Under the pieces are notes generated by a model, which saw nothing but the letters and a program-made list of their open reading frames with translations, did not search any database and was not told the origin of the DNA. 64,000 bases of DNA from Mobula hypostoma (taxonomy: Eukaryota), in contig NC_086109.1 of assembly GCF_963921235.1 (NCBI RefSeq), positions 22,074,001-22,138,000 of the forward strand, written 5' to 3'. Positions 10,903 to 23,599 of the stretch are shown one piece after another. Within the stretch, counting starts at the first letter, position 1. Each line of letters begins with the position of its first letter. The translations under genes were made by a program, and so were the position numbers.

Positions 10903-13165
10903 CATAAGACCATAAGACACAGCAGCAGAATTAGGCCACTCGGCCCATTGAGTCTGCTGTGCCATTTCTTCATGATTGATTAACCCTTTCACTCCCATTC
11001 TCCTCCCCTTTGACACCTTGACTAACCAAGAACCTATCAACCTCTGCTTTAAATATACTCAATAGCTTGGCCTTCACAGCCACCTGTGGCCAATGAATTC
11101 CATAGATTCACCACTCTCTGCCGAAAGATATTCCTTATAATCTCTGTTCTAAATGGATGTCCTTCTATTCTGAGGCTGTGCCCTTTGGTCCTACCACATG
11201 TAGCATGCTCTCCATATCCACTCGGTCTAGACCTTTCAATAGGTTTCAGTGAGATCCCCTCTCATTCTTCTAACCTTCCAGCTTCTCATATGTTAACCTT
11301 TCAATTTCCAGAATCATCCTCGTGAACCTCTGATGGACCCTCTCCAATGCCAGCACACCTTTTCATAGATAAGTGACCCAAATCTGTTCACAATACTCCA
11401 ATTGTAGTCAGACCAATGCCTTATAAAGCCTCAGCATCGGATTCTTACTCTAATATTCTAGTCCTCTTGAAGTGAATGCTCACATTTCATTTGCCTCCCT
11501 TACCACCGACTCTACCTGCAAGTTAACCCTTAAGGAATCATGCACGAGGACTCCTAAGTCCCTTTGCAACTCTGATTTTTGAATTTTCTCCCCGCTAAGA
11601 AAATCGTCTACACTTTTATTCCTTCTACCAACATTGATGACCAGACACTTCCCTGCACTATACTCCATCTGCCACTTCCTTGTCCAATCAGTCCAAGTCC
11701 TTCTGCAGGCTCCCTGCTCCCTCAACACAACCTCCCCCTCCACCTATCTTTGTATCGCCTGCAAACTTGGCCACAAAGCCATCAATTCTGTCATCCAAAT
11801 CATTGACACACAATGTAAAAAGAAGCAGTTTCAACAGTGACCCCTGTGGAACACAACTAGTCACCAGCAGCCAATCAGAAAAGGCTCCTTTTATTCCCAT
11901 TCTTTTGCCTCCTGCCAATCAGCCAATCTTCTATCCATGCTAGTATTTTTCTGATAATACCATGGGTTCTTGTTAAACAGACTATTGAGTGGCATCTTGC
12001 TAAAGGCCTTCTGAAAATTCAAGTAAACAATATCTACTGACGTGCCTTTGTCTATCCTGTCTGTTATTTCCTCAAAGAGTTCCAACAGATACGTCAGGCA
12101 AGATTTCCCCTTAAGGAAACCGTGCTGACTATGGCCTTCTTGCATCTCCAAGTACCCTGAAACCTTATCTTTAATAATGGACTCCAATATCTTCCCAACC
12201 ACTGCAGTCAGGCTAATTTCCTTTCTTCTGCCTCCCTCCCTTCTTAAGGAATGGAGTGACATTTGCAATTTTCTAGTCATCTGAAACTATTCCAGAATCT
12301 AGTGATTCTTGAAAGATCATTACTAATGCCTCCATAATCCTTCAGCTACTTCTTTCAGAAGCCCCTGAGGTGTAGTCCATCTGGTCCAGGTGACTTATCT
12401 ACCTTCAGACCTTTCAGCTTTCCAAGCATCTTCTCCTTAATAATAAGTACACAAACTTTGCTTCCCTGACACTCTCGAATTCCTGGCACACTGATAGTGT
12501 CTTCAACAGAGAAGACTGATGTTAAATACTTCATCCGCCATTTCTTTGTCTCCCCATTACTATCTCTCCAACGTCAGTTTCCAGCAGCAATATCCACTTT
12601 CACCTCTCTTTTACTCTTTATATATATCTGAAAAAACTTTTTGTATCCTCTTGATATTTTTGGCTAGCTTACTTTTCTCTCCTTATGGATATTTAGTTCC
12701 CTTCTGTTGGTTTTTAAAACTTTCCCAGTCCTCTAATTTCCCACTAATTCATGCTATATTATATGCCCTCTCCTTTGCTGTTATGCTGTCTTTGACCTCC
12801 CATCTCAGCCACAGTTGCCTCATCCTCCCTTAAAAATAGTTCTTCATCTTTGGGATACATCTTTCCTGTGACTTCTGAGTTGCCCCCAGAGACTTCAGCC
12901 ATTGCTATTCTGTCATCGTCCCTCTAGTGTCTCCTTCCAATCAATTTTGGCCAGCTCCTCCATCAAGCCTCTGTAATTCCCTTTACTCCACTGTAATACT
13001 GAAACATCTGACTTTTATCTTCATCCTATCAAACTGCAGGGTGAATTCTATCATATTATGATCACTGGCTCCCAAGGGTTCCTTTACCTTAAGCTCCCTA
13101 ATCAAATCTTGTTCATTACACAACACCCAATCCAGAATCGCCTTCCCCCTAGTGAGCATATCTAA
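10903..13165 (-). mobile_element. CR1 LINE, 5'-truncated, degenerate ORF2 (RT)
   Basis: Minus-strand fragments SQHGFLKGKSCLT, VDIVYLNFQKAF, VPQGSLL, AKFAGDTK, KWQMEY. (CATAAGAC)n tail at about 10903. Confidence 0.92.
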
Positions 13166-13398
13166 AAAGTCTTATTCGCGCATTGACTATTGACAAGGGC
13201 ACTAGGAAGGGCAGTATGCTGCTGTGGATGGCTGTGTATTATTGAGAAGGTCGTTGTGTGTAACAGTGATGAGGATGCCTGTCATGCAGGTGGGGAGAAT
13301 GAGCATGGGTATGGCATTGTGGCAGGGATTGTGTTCAGCGGTGTTGTGGGTGAAGAGATTGATTGTTCCCAACCACATTGTCATCCAGTACCTTGGCA

Positions 13399-13488
13399 CT
13401 CAGATGTCTCCCGGGATTGGGGCCGCTGCTCAGATGTCTCCCGGGATTGGGGCCGCTGCTCAGATGTCTCCCGGGATTGGGGCCGCTG
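13399..13488. repeat. Perfect 30-bp tandem repeat x3
   Basis: CTCAGATGTCTCCCGGGATTGGGGCCGCTG occurs three times, head to tail. Confidence 0.95.
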
Positions 13489-13539
13489 GCAGTGCACAAC
13501 ATCGATGAGATGGCAGTCGCCTGAATCACAGAGACCCAT

Positions 13540-13725
13540 AGATAGAGGGGGAAGAGGGAGGGGGAGAGGGGGACAAGGTGAGAGGGAGATGAAGGGAGAG
13601 AAGGGGGGAGGGAGGCGGAGGGTGGGTAGAGGGAGAGAGAGAGATAAAGAAAAAGGATGCGGATAGGAAGGAAGGAGGAAGAGAGAGGAGAGAAGGATAG
13701 GAAGAGAACGAGAGAGAGAAGGAGT
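13540..13725. repeat. GA-rich polypurine low-complexity tract
   Basis: Dominated by G/A on the + strand. Confidence 0.85.
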
Positions 13726-13789
13726 AACAATGGGCTAATGGTAGGGCCTTAGATTTGTGCATTAACATTAATAGCCTTAGTTCTTTTCC

Positions 13790-14095
13790 AAAATGCTTTA
13801 CAGCCAATTAACTACTTGGAACAGCTGTACAATTCTGTTATAATAACTCCAGCTATTTTGTGGACCGCAAGCTCCAGAACCTTTGTGTGTGTTTTTTTTA
13901 ATTCCTTAGTTAAGGGATAAGATTTGTACAGAGCAACAGGCATACCTTCCCTGCCTGTTCTTAAATAAGTGGCATGAGATCTCCTACCCTGTGCAGTCAG
14001 ACGGAGCCTCAGTTCAGGATTTTACCTGGGAGATATCATTTTCAGAGGTACCCTATGTCTGCCAGTACTCTATTGGGAGTGTCAACCTAAATCTA
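13790..14095 (-). mobile_element. Ancient DeuSINE (SacSINE1-like) copy
   Basis: Reverse complement resembles the Deu domain and tail from memory (CTGAGGCTCCGTCTG, GATCTCATGCCACTTATTT, TTATCCCTTAAC, ATTGGCTGTAAAGCATTT). Other degenerate copies at about 19400-19580, 39960-40190 and 62555-62920. Confidence 0.6.
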
Positions 14096-14914
14096 AATCA
14101 GTCAGCTCAATGTGGCTCAGACAGTGTCTCTGAACAGACAGCAGATGGGCAAAATATGGTACAGGGTATCTGTATTTCCTCTCACTTTTTCCATCATGTC
14201 AGAGTCACAAGCTCTACTGGATATAAAGTGCTTTGGGAAGCCACAAGAGATGCTATCTTAGTGTGAAGTTTGATGCAGAATCTAAGGATTGGCAGAACCG
14301 TGTTTTGATATCAAAGAGCTCTCAAAACCGTGCATTAATAATAAATGCTTTCACTTCTGGATGCATTTGTATAATTCAACCTGATTGAATCGCATCACTT
14401 CTGCGCCCTCCGCACGCTCCTTGGGCTGCCTCGAAGGTCACGGATCCCTGATCCGGCAGCCTTGGACACCATCTCCAGAGGAACCGTGTGAGTCAGATCC
14501 TGGCGCTCGGCAGCTGGTGCTGTTAGGAAGGCTGGGGGAGGCGGAAGGGGTGGGGAGGGACACGTGTGGAATTCGGAAGCAAATGATACAGTGCCAAGCA
14601 GATGTAGGACTGAAAAGGGGAAAGGCAGCTGATGGGAGGAGTGGCACGAGGTCAGGAGTTCATCCAAACATGCTTAAGGGATAAGGCTGGAATCGCCGAG
14701 GCAGCAAATGGATAGATGATCAGGTTTAAAGGGCTGAAGATAGATGGCCAGAGCAAAGCCTTAATGGCAAGTTGACTACCTGTCATTCGGTGAACTGGCA
14801 CCCTAGAAACAGACCCCATAACCACTCAAAATCTAACCCAAATCGAATACAGATTCAGTTCACTTATCCCACATTAATCAAAACATTCAGTGAAATGTGT
14901 CATTTGTTTTAACA

Positions 14915-15376
14915 TCCTCTCTCTCTCTCTCTGGCTATCCATCCCATAGGATGATGATGGTTCCTTTCAGTCAGTTAGTGGGGTGGTACCCCACTCCTCA
15001 GAAAGGAACAGCGTGTGCGTGAATGGATTTTAGGTGAGTAGGGGGTTGCACAGGTCCAGACCCCACCCTCTCGACATCCCCTCCCGGATCCAGCGGCATG
15101 GTGGGGTCCAAGACGGCTGAGGGAGGTTCTGTTGCAGTGAATGGCCAGACCAAGCTTCGATGCAAGGGATGCCCTTTCCGTGCTTCACGGCACATGTTTG
15201 CTAGATGGTCGCTGACCCTACCAGAGGGTTCATCCGCCCTTTGACAGGTCTTGTTTTTCGTCCTGCAGGGTGTCTAGCCACCGTCCTCACCAGGCAAGCC
15301 TGGTGGGAGAGCCGGTTTAGTCGCCGACCACCCGACCATGCGACAGGTAGTACTGGGTTACATGGTACTAGTAGCA
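14915..15376 (-). mobile_element. Probable RTE-related non-autonomous retroelement
   Basis: (AG)n tail on the minus strand at 14917-14931 and an RTE-like 5' UTR (CAGGCTTGCCTGGTGAGG...AAAAACAAGACCTGTC). It interrupts another repeat. Confidence 0.45.
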
Positions 15377-15759
15377 TACCAAATGATAAAGCACTGACAG
15401 CAACTCTCCTACCCACGCACACACATACAGAGTCCTCTAACAGGCGTCTTCTTCAGCCTCCAGCTGACTCGTGGATTCACAGCCAATAAGCCTTCAGCTT
15501 TCGCAGTGGGCTTGGAGAAATTTGCGGACTCAAGACTCTGCTGTCAGGCCTCGACTTCTGGACTTCCAATTAATTTTCAGGTTTCTGTCTGGACTTCTGA
15601 TTGACCTTCAGGATTTGATCTTCAGTATTGACCCAGGACTTGCTAATGATGACAAATGAAGACATGAAATCCAGTCCCTGAGCTCTGGGCATGCCAATAG
15701 CAAAACTCTGAAGACTAGGACTCAAATCTCTGTTGCGTTTTTTTAAAAAAAAGATATAG

Positions 15760-16245
15760 CACATCTACACAAAACACTGTTGCAGGAAAGCAGCATCCAT
15801 CTTCAGGGACCCCCAACACCCAGGACATGCTCTCTTCTCGCTGCTGCCATCAGAAAGAAGGTACTGAAGCCTCAGGACTCAAACCACCAGGTTCCGGAAC
15901 AGTTACTACCCCTCATCCATCAAGCTCTTGAACCAGAGGGGATAACCTCACTCAACATCACTTGCCCCATTATTGAAATGGTCCCAAAACCTATGGGCTC
16001 ACTTTCAAGGACTCTTCATCTCATCTTCTCGATACTTATTGTTTACTTATTTATTATCATTATTTCTTTCTTTCTGTATTTGCAGAGTTTGTTGTCTTTG
16101 GCACACTGGAAGTCTTACATTGATTCTGTAATGGTTATTATTCTATGGATTTACTGAGTATGCCCACAAGAAAATGAATCTCAGGGTTGTATATGGTGAC
16201 CTATATGTACTTTGATTCTAGACTTACTTTGAATTTAGAACTTTA
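15760..16245 (+). mobile_element. Rex1/Babar-like LINE 3' fragment
   Basis: Encodes degenerate C.RKAASI...HPGHALFSLLPS.RRY.SL.T.TTRF.NSYYP. 3' UTR ends in (CTTTGAA)-type repeats. Confidence 0.75.
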
Positions 16246-17502
16246 AATTCAGATTCAAGGATCTGGCAAAACCCGTATTTATTGTAGATCCCCTGTCATC
16301 CTTGAGAAAGTAAAGATGAGCTTCCTCCTTCGGCAGCTTTGTCTACGGTGGTGAAGGTACCCGGCCAATGTTCTAGGGTAGGAGTTGCAGCATTTAGACC
16401 CAAAGTCAGTGAAGGAGTAGCGATATGAGGCCAGGTCCAGATGGTCGGTATCTTGGAGGGGGATGTGTAATCAATGCTGCAAGTGGTGGATGCAGAACCA
16501 ATTGCAACATTTAAAGAAAGTTTAGGTAAGTACGTGGATGGGAAGGATATGGAGGGCGTCAATGGGACTAGGCAGGATAACAGTTCAGCACAGGCTACCT
16601 AGGTCGAATGGTTTGTTTCTCTGCTTTGATATTCGATGACTCTTATGGTGTTCCCAGGCACCTGCTGTTTTGTCCTTCTGTTGGCAGAGGGGTTATCGGA
16701 GAAAGAAAGCCAAGTCAGTGCATTGCAATTTGTGGATGATAGCTACTAAATTCACACAACACCAGGGTTAAGTGAATGTTTACACTGGCAATCAAGCAGG
16801 CTCTTGTGTTGGTGGTCCAAAACCTCCTACCTTGGACCACCTAATGTGCACATAAGCTGGAGATGTGCCAAGACGGGGATGTCAGGTCCCAATGAAGGGT
16901 CTCGACCTGAAACGTCAGATGTTTATTCTCCTCCATAGATGCTGCTTGACCTGCTGAGTTCCTCCAGTATTTGCATGTGTTACTCCAAGAGAGGAGAACC
17001 CATTTTAACAGAGGTCCCACCTTTCAGATAAAGAGACACACTCATTTAACCTGTCAAGAAATTCCCACAACTACTTGCGAAAACAAAATGAGGTGGGGGT
17101 GGGGCTGGTGGCTAAGGCTCACATTACCAAGGTTTCTCCAACTGCACCTCCCAAAGAAAGGGGACCTTTGGTGACCTCAGCATTTCCTAAGTTATTTTAC
17201 AACCAATCTAGTCTTCAATTTTTGAAGTCTAGTCACTGTTGCAGAAAGGAAATGTATGTAATAAACAAATTGGGTATGGCAAGCTCCAACAAGGAACACC
17301 AAGGTAACAGTGTAACATTTGTTTTTCTACTACAATGTTTCATGGCCTCAGGGCACCAAGGTGAAAGTTATTACTATTCTTGAATATAAGGCTGAGAGAT
17401 CTTCTGCAGTCACTGAGAAAATGGACGGTAACCAACAGCCAGCATCTCAAATAGTTCGGCACTCACTTGGTCCCGCACTAAGAACTCAACCTCATTTAAG
17501 TG

Positions 17503-17806
17503 CAGGGTAGTGTAGTGGTTAGCATAATGCTTTACACTACAGGTGACCGGGGTTCAATACCCCCCGCTTCCTGGAAGGGGTTTGTACATTCTCCCCGTGA
17601 CCACATGCGTTTCCTCCAGGTGCTCTGGTTTCCTCCAACAGGCCAAAGGCGTACTGGCCGGTAGTTTGATTGGTCAGTGTAAATTGTCCCATGATTAGGC
17701 TCAGATTAAATCGGGGGATTGCTGGGCGGCGTGACTCAAAGGGCCAGAAGGGCCTTCTCTGGGCTGTATCTCAATCAATCAATCAATCAGTCAATCAATA
17801 AATAAA
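17503..17806 (+). mobile_element. tRNA-derived SINE (V-SINE/HE1-like)
   Basis: A box TAGTGTAGTGG, B box GGTTCAATACC, V-domain-like TTCTCCCCGTGACC..GTTTCCTCCAGGTGCTCTGGTTTCCTCC, a CR1-like 3' end and a (TCAA)n tail. Confidence 0.8.
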
Positions 17807-18429
17807 TGCTCAAGTCTCTGGAAAGGGATTTGATCCCACAATCTCTGACTTGGATTAAGAGAGCAACTCACAGAGCTACTCATAGGCCAGTTATTTCTGC
17901 TTTGACAATCTTTCTGTATGTACTTTGGCTCAACCTTTCCTTACATTGCAAAAGTCCCTTCAATTTAAAAGTAATTCACTGATATTGTTAACAGATGTGA
18001 TAAGGTGATGTATAAATAGAGGTGTGCCTGCCTGACCCTGTTTTGAAACTGGAGTGATGATGTTGTAGAACGGTTCCTTATAAATGAACACATTTTGCCC
18101 AAGCTTTGTTTTGTCAAGGGAAACCCTGCAATTCTTAGTTCAGGAATCGAAGCTAGAGTGGTTTATGTCCCAATGGCTGACCCACGGTCCTTCCGAGTGA
18201 AATACAGTCTGCGTCAATCCTAAATCCAAGCTCTGAGTTTGTTTGTTCCACTCCCCGAGAGGACTGGAGGACTAGTGATGGTATCTGTGATTTGTACATA
18301 GCTGACCCTTTCCCAACAGAATGCATCCAGCAGAAGCCATTAATCTAGATGGAAGACTGAAAATGACATGTCCCTAAATACCAAAAGAGCCTCCCAACCA
18401 GCTGCAAGGGGTGCCAGGAGTTTCTAAAG

Positions 18430-18752
18430 AAAGATTATCTTTATTTATCCGATGTACATTGAAACACACAGGGAAATGCATCATCTTGCATCAAGTCAAA
18501 TTAGCTACGATTGTGCTGGGGCAGCCTGCAAGCGTCTCCATGCTTCCGGCGCCAACGTCGCATGCCCGCAGCTCACTAGCCCTAAGCCGTACGTCCTTGG
18601 AATGTGGGAAGAAACTAGAGCACCCGGAGGAAAGCCACACGGTCAGAGGGAGAACGTGCAAACTCCTTGCTGGCAGCTGTTGGAATTGGACCCCAACTGA
18701 TCATCGCTGGCGATGGAAAGCAATGCGCTAATCTCTACGCTGCCGTGTCGCC
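18430..18752 (-). mobile_element. tRNA-derived V-SINE-like element
   Basis: Minus-strand head GGGCGACACGGCAGCGTAGAGATTAGCGC, followed by a V-domain core TTTCCTCCGGGTGCTCTAGTTTC. Confidence 0.75.
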
Positions 18753-19879
18753 CCTCTGCGCTACTGCGTTGCCCAGAGTTTGATGAAGCGTTGTCCACTT
18801 GCCTGGATGCACGGAGGTTCAATGTGTCACAAGGACGAAGTAGGCTGCTTGATCGGTACCCCGTCCATCAGCTTAAACTTTGGCCTCCTTCATCACTGGG
18901 TGCACCAAGAGCAAAACGTACAGATATATCACAACAACTCACCAAGGACCTGTTCACCGACAAGTTCCAACCGTGCATTCTTATCCATTGAGGGCAAGGA
19001 CAGCAGTGTGCAGGTAATGGCATCATCTCTAGCTTTCTCTCTGCACCGCATAGATATGGATGAGCTATTGTTTCACGGTGGCTGGGTCAAATTCCTATTT
19101 GACAGCATGGGGAGGGGGGATGGGGGAGGCACCTTCAACATTCAGACTGCAGCACTTAAAGACCCTCTTTACATCAACTGGAGGATAAAACATCAACCTT
19201 GCCTGGATCCTCGGAATAACAGCAATAACCTGCGAAGGAGGTGGCCAAGTGCCAAAGTCAAATAATAAATCAAAGGGACGAGTCAAGAATTGCTGAAGAA
19301 TTAGGGCCTCTATCCAGTTGTTTTTCCTCTTTCTACATCCAAGAAAGAACATCGATGCCTTTCCCAAAAGAACCAAATTTTATTTTAAAAATATGTACTT
19401 TGGCAATTATTGTAGCATTGTAGGAAAGGTTCAGCCAATTTGCACACAGCAGACTCCCAAAATCAGCAATGATGTATTAATCTAATGATCTGTTTTAAAT
19501 CTGATGCTGATTAAAAGATAAACATTGGTCAGGAGACTGGGAATAATAGCTTGCCTGCTCTTTAAACTAGTGGCATGGTTTGTCACAGTTCGCTAACGTA
19601 CGGCACTGTTGGACATCACTGCCCATCATATTAAAGCACTTCACTGATTCCCCACACCATCACACTGCGCTAATTCAAAATTTAAAGTCCAAAGTGCATT
19701 AATTTATTATCATAGTGCATATATGTCACCATAGGCTACCTTGAGATTCATTTTCTTGCAGGCATTCACAAAAGAACAAACAAATACAATAGAATCAATG
19801 AAAAACTACACACAAAGGCTGACAAACAGCCAATGTGCAAAGAAAACAACTGCACAAATACAAAATAAAAATGATAAGA

Positions 19880-20312
19880 AGTTCCACAAATTATGTTGCA
19901 ACTGATCAGTTATCACAGATAGGACAATCCATAATAACTGACCAGATATAATAATACAGGATAAACAAGAAAGAGTGACTTATTTGATAGAATTAGCCAT
20001 TCCAAATGCACATAACTTACAGGAATTAATAAGTGAAAAATGCCAGAAATATGCAAATTAAAAGAGGAAATTGAAAGACTTTGGAACATGAACAGGGTAT
20101 ACATTGTCCCAATAGTAATATCTACAACTGCACTACACAATATCATTAAACAACTAGGGCTACACAACAATATCTATGCAAACTTTCAGAAAGCCACAAT
20201 ATTAAATTCCACTGGAATATTCTGAAAGTTCCTAGCAATTAAAAAATTGGGTATGATTGGCTATGCCCATACCTTGGGTTTTACCAGCTTGAGCTGAGAA
20301 AAAAATAAAAAT
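19880..20312 (+). mobile_element. R4/Dong-like non-LTR retrotransposon 3' fragment (restriction-like endonuclease)
   Basis: Translates ITDRTIHNN*PDIIIQDKQERVTYLIELAIPNAHNLQ..SEK, then LKEEIERLWNMNRVYIVPIVISTT..LQKA-like: an RPD..D/E RLE motif. TAA/TAAA-rich tail. It sits inside a minus-strand Rex-like 3' fragment (about 19680-20360). Confidence 0.7.
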
Positions 20313-21683
20313 ATAATAATAAATAAATAAATACTGAGACCATGAGTTGTGGAGTCCTTGAACCTCTCAAAGCTTTTTATCACATCACACTTCATCACTG
20401 TCACACAACCTTTCGAGTGGGGTATAGCATTGCGATTGGGCATTACATTGTCTTATACATTTCTGCACTATACTGACAAAATATTCAGACTAACCTGATA
20501 CCTGGAGTTGTGAACTTCAGTTCTGAATGCTGTTTACTTGCTCTTATTGTTTACCCAATTTGTGTGTTTTTTCTCTCTCTCTCTCTCCCTCCCTCCCTCC
20601 CTCCCTCACACTGGGTGTTTGATGGTATTCTGTTTTTAATGGGTTCTATCGGGGTTCTTTGTTTTCTGCCTGCCTGTAAGGAGACACATCTCAAGGCTGT
20701 ATAAAGTGCACATACTTTGATAATAAAATGTACTTTGAACTTTGAACACTACACCAACATATTACAGTGACAAACTGTTCGAACGGACTCCACTACACCA
20801 ATATCAAACTACATTAATCCATCTTATTATACACCACGCTGCCATTCTTCACAGACAATCAGCATTGCAATATTGTCCTGTCACACTAGATATGCACTGC
20901 ACTGTCATATTATTGTAATATGTCACTGGGTTAATGCTCTGTATTCCACTAATGCCGTATACCAATAAATGACATGGAGCGCTGTTTGATTTCAATAATA
21001 TAGAGGGTTATTGTAATGCATTGTCATACTTCACAGTCTCACACTCTGCGCATCTACTTATTGTAATGTCACACCTCACTAACACACTGTTGAGTGGGAC
21101 TGCATTCACTGGCTTCATTGTTATTTGGTATGCAACGGTTGACCTAGATTGCACAATGTATGAACACCTGTGAAATATTTACAGTGGAATCAATGCGGAG
21201 GTCACCTGCCTCACCTGACTGAAACAGATCATTGAATGTGTCACCGACAACTCAATACACAATTGTTGTAACTGGCAGGTGTTTTGCTATTCAACTTTAA
21301 GTTTGCAGTTGTTATTTAAGCTTGTTTCTAACAGTATCGAGGATGGCACCTTGAAAATCGGAACATTGTGTATAAAAGTCATGAATGGAATAGCGAGAGA
21401 CCTGTTATTTACAAGTTATTAAACTTGGCGTGGTGCTCAGGGCAAAAAAAAAGAGAAAAGAATCTAACTCTTGCCAGCAGTTACATTGATGTATGATTTC
21501 CTGAATAGTAAATAGAAACAGCAAGTTCAAGGAGTTGCATTAATGAGTTCTCACAGGTGAGTGTTCTGCAGATTGCTACACAGTGACTGTTCCCTAGGAT
21601 GGGACTTGTTCGGCACAGGTTTGTGGGCTGAAGGGCCTCTATTGTGCTGTAGGTTTTCTATGTTCCTGTGGTAGTGGACACTC

Positions 21684-22494
21684 CACTCAGTGGCCATTTT
21701 ATTAGATACACCTGCTTGTTAATGCAAATATCTAATCAGCCAATCATGTCGCAGCAACTCAAGGTATAAAAGCACGCAGACATGGTCAAGAGGTTCAGTT
21801 GTTGTTCAGCCCAAACATCAGAATGGGGAAAGAATGCTTAAAAGGGGAACATGAGGGAGAATTTCTTTACTCAGAGGATGGTGAGGGCGTGGAATGAGCT
21901 GTTAACGGAAGTGCTTGATACGGGTAAGATTTCAAAGTCAAGAGAAATTTGGTTAGGTACATGGATGGGAGGATTATGGAGGGCTATGGTCTGGGTGCAG
22001 ATAGATGAGAATAGGCAGGTTTATTGTTCAGCGCAGAGCAGGTGGGCTGAAAGCCCTGTTTCTGTGCTGTAATGTTCTATGACTCGATGACTCCAAATGT
22101 GATCGAAGTGAATTTGAACAACTGTTGGTGCCGGGTGGGGATGGTTTGACTATCTCAGAAACTGCTGATCTTCTGGGATTTTCATGCACACCAGTCTCTA
22201 GAGTCTACAGAGAAAAAAACAAAACAAAAAATCCAATGTGCAGCAGTTTTGTGGGTGAAAGCACCTTGTTAGTGAGAGAGAGGTCAGAGAAGAATAGCCA
22301 AAGATGTTCTAGCTGACAGGAAGGTGACAGTAACTCAGATAACCACTTGTTACAACAGTGGTGTGCAGGACAGCATCTCTGAATGCACAACATGTTGAAC
22401 CTGGAAGTGGATGGGCTTCAGCAGCTGAATGAATATACACTCAGTGGCCATTTTGTTAGGTACAAGAGATACCATATAAAGTTGCCACTGAATG
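21684..22494 (+). mobile_element. Tc1-like non-autonomous element (same family as 8895-9459), interrupted by a CR1 3' end at about 21835-22095
   Basis: TIR CACTCAGTGGCCATTTTATTAG, SETADLLGFS..VSRVYRE remnant and right TIR ..GCCACTGAATG-TA. The insert encodes RENFFTQRMVRAWNEL. Confidence 0.85.
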
Positions 22495-22593
22495 TATATT
22501 CACTATCTTATATGTTGCTTCACAAGGGCCAAGATTTCAAGATTCAAGTTTATTTATCACGTGTACATCGAAACATATAGTGACGTGTATTGT

Positions 22594-22805
22594 AAACAAC
22601 AGGAATTCTGCAGATTCTGGAAATTCAAGCAACATACATCAAAGTTGCTGGTGAACGCAGCAGGCCAAGCAGCATCTATAGGAAGAGGCGCAGTCGACGT
22701 TTCAGGCCGAGACCCTGACGAAGGGTCTCGGCCTGAAACGTCGACTGCACCTCTTCCTATAGATGCTGCTTGGCCTGCTGCGTTCACCAGCAACTTTGAT
22801 GTATG
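22594..22805. mobile_element. Fold-back Penelope-end insertion with 13-bp TSD
   Basis: Inverted arms 22632-22715 and 22723-22806 with one mismatch. TSD TGACGTGTATTGT at 22581-22593 and 22806-22818. Sequence is nearly identical to the 3' end of the PLE at 55168-55297. Confidence 0.9.
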
Positions 22806-23599
22806 TGACGTGTATTGTTTTCGTTAATAACCAACACACCCAAGGGAGTGGTGGGGCAGCCCCCAAATGTCGCTACACATTCCGGAGGCCAAAACAGCAT
22901 ACTCACAATGCTCAACAGGACAACACAGGACACAACAAGCAACAAAACAACAACAAAACAAGCTCCATTCCTCCCCCTCCATCCTCCCCACCAACACACA
23001 CACATAATTAGTCCTCTAACCCCAAAACAGTCCCTATCCTCCAACCTCCAACCTCCAGCCTCCAGTGGGATTTGGGGATTTGGATTTGGATCGGGTTTGG
23101 ATGTGGACTTGCAGAGGTGCACAGGCCCGGGGCTCCGACCAGACTTGATTTCTCAACTTCTGATTTGACCCTCAGGCCTCAATCTGCGGCATCGACCACA
23201 GGACCCACTCAGGAACACAGCCTTTATTCAGCTCTTTATGAGCTGCCCTGTTCTCTGTATTGAGGGTTGCATTTGTTACAACGTGTGGTGCCAAAACCAT
23301 GGCCTTTTTCTCACTCTACACCCAAAGGTGTGGTGTGTGAACCATTGACGCATGGTCTGGTGCTCATGGTATTCATTCAAAACCAGAATTGACTGTGAAT
23401 TCACAGCGATGTTATTAAGCATTGTTTACAAGCTGTTTGTGTGTGATCGAGAACATGCAAAATTAATTGTTTCGCAATTTTGAATAGTGTCAACAATTGA
23501 AGAATCCAACTAAATCCCTTGAAAGATAAATATCTAAATATGAGACTACCTTAGGGTGAATATAGAGTATCTCCACAAAGGTTTCAAAATGGTCGCATT

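Noticed and set aside
13399..13488. 30-bp repeats as a CRISPR array
   Set aside because: The units are directly adjacent with no spacers, there are no cas genes, and the context is vertebrate.
17503..17570. tRNA gene
   Set aside because: A and B boxes are present, but there is no full cloverleaf and the sequence continues into a SINE body.
18780..19265. 161-aa ORF as a host exon
   Set aside because: Its start (GCLIGTPSISLN...HH) resembles an old CR1/L2-type LINE C-terminus also seen at about 26210-26400.
20740..21100. CAC/ACACT-rich region as a structured repeat array
   Set aside because: No consistent period could be defined; likely decayed low-complexity sequence.
21335..21556. Exon-like segment (TTCTAACAG| ... 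CAG|GTGAGT)
   Set aside because: The longest frame from the acceptor hits a stop, and there are no partner exons or homology; a lncRNA exon cannot be supported from sequence alone.
22492..22827. Mirror ORFs with near-identical peptides on both strands
   Set aside because: A trivial consequence of the DNA palindrome; not protein coding.
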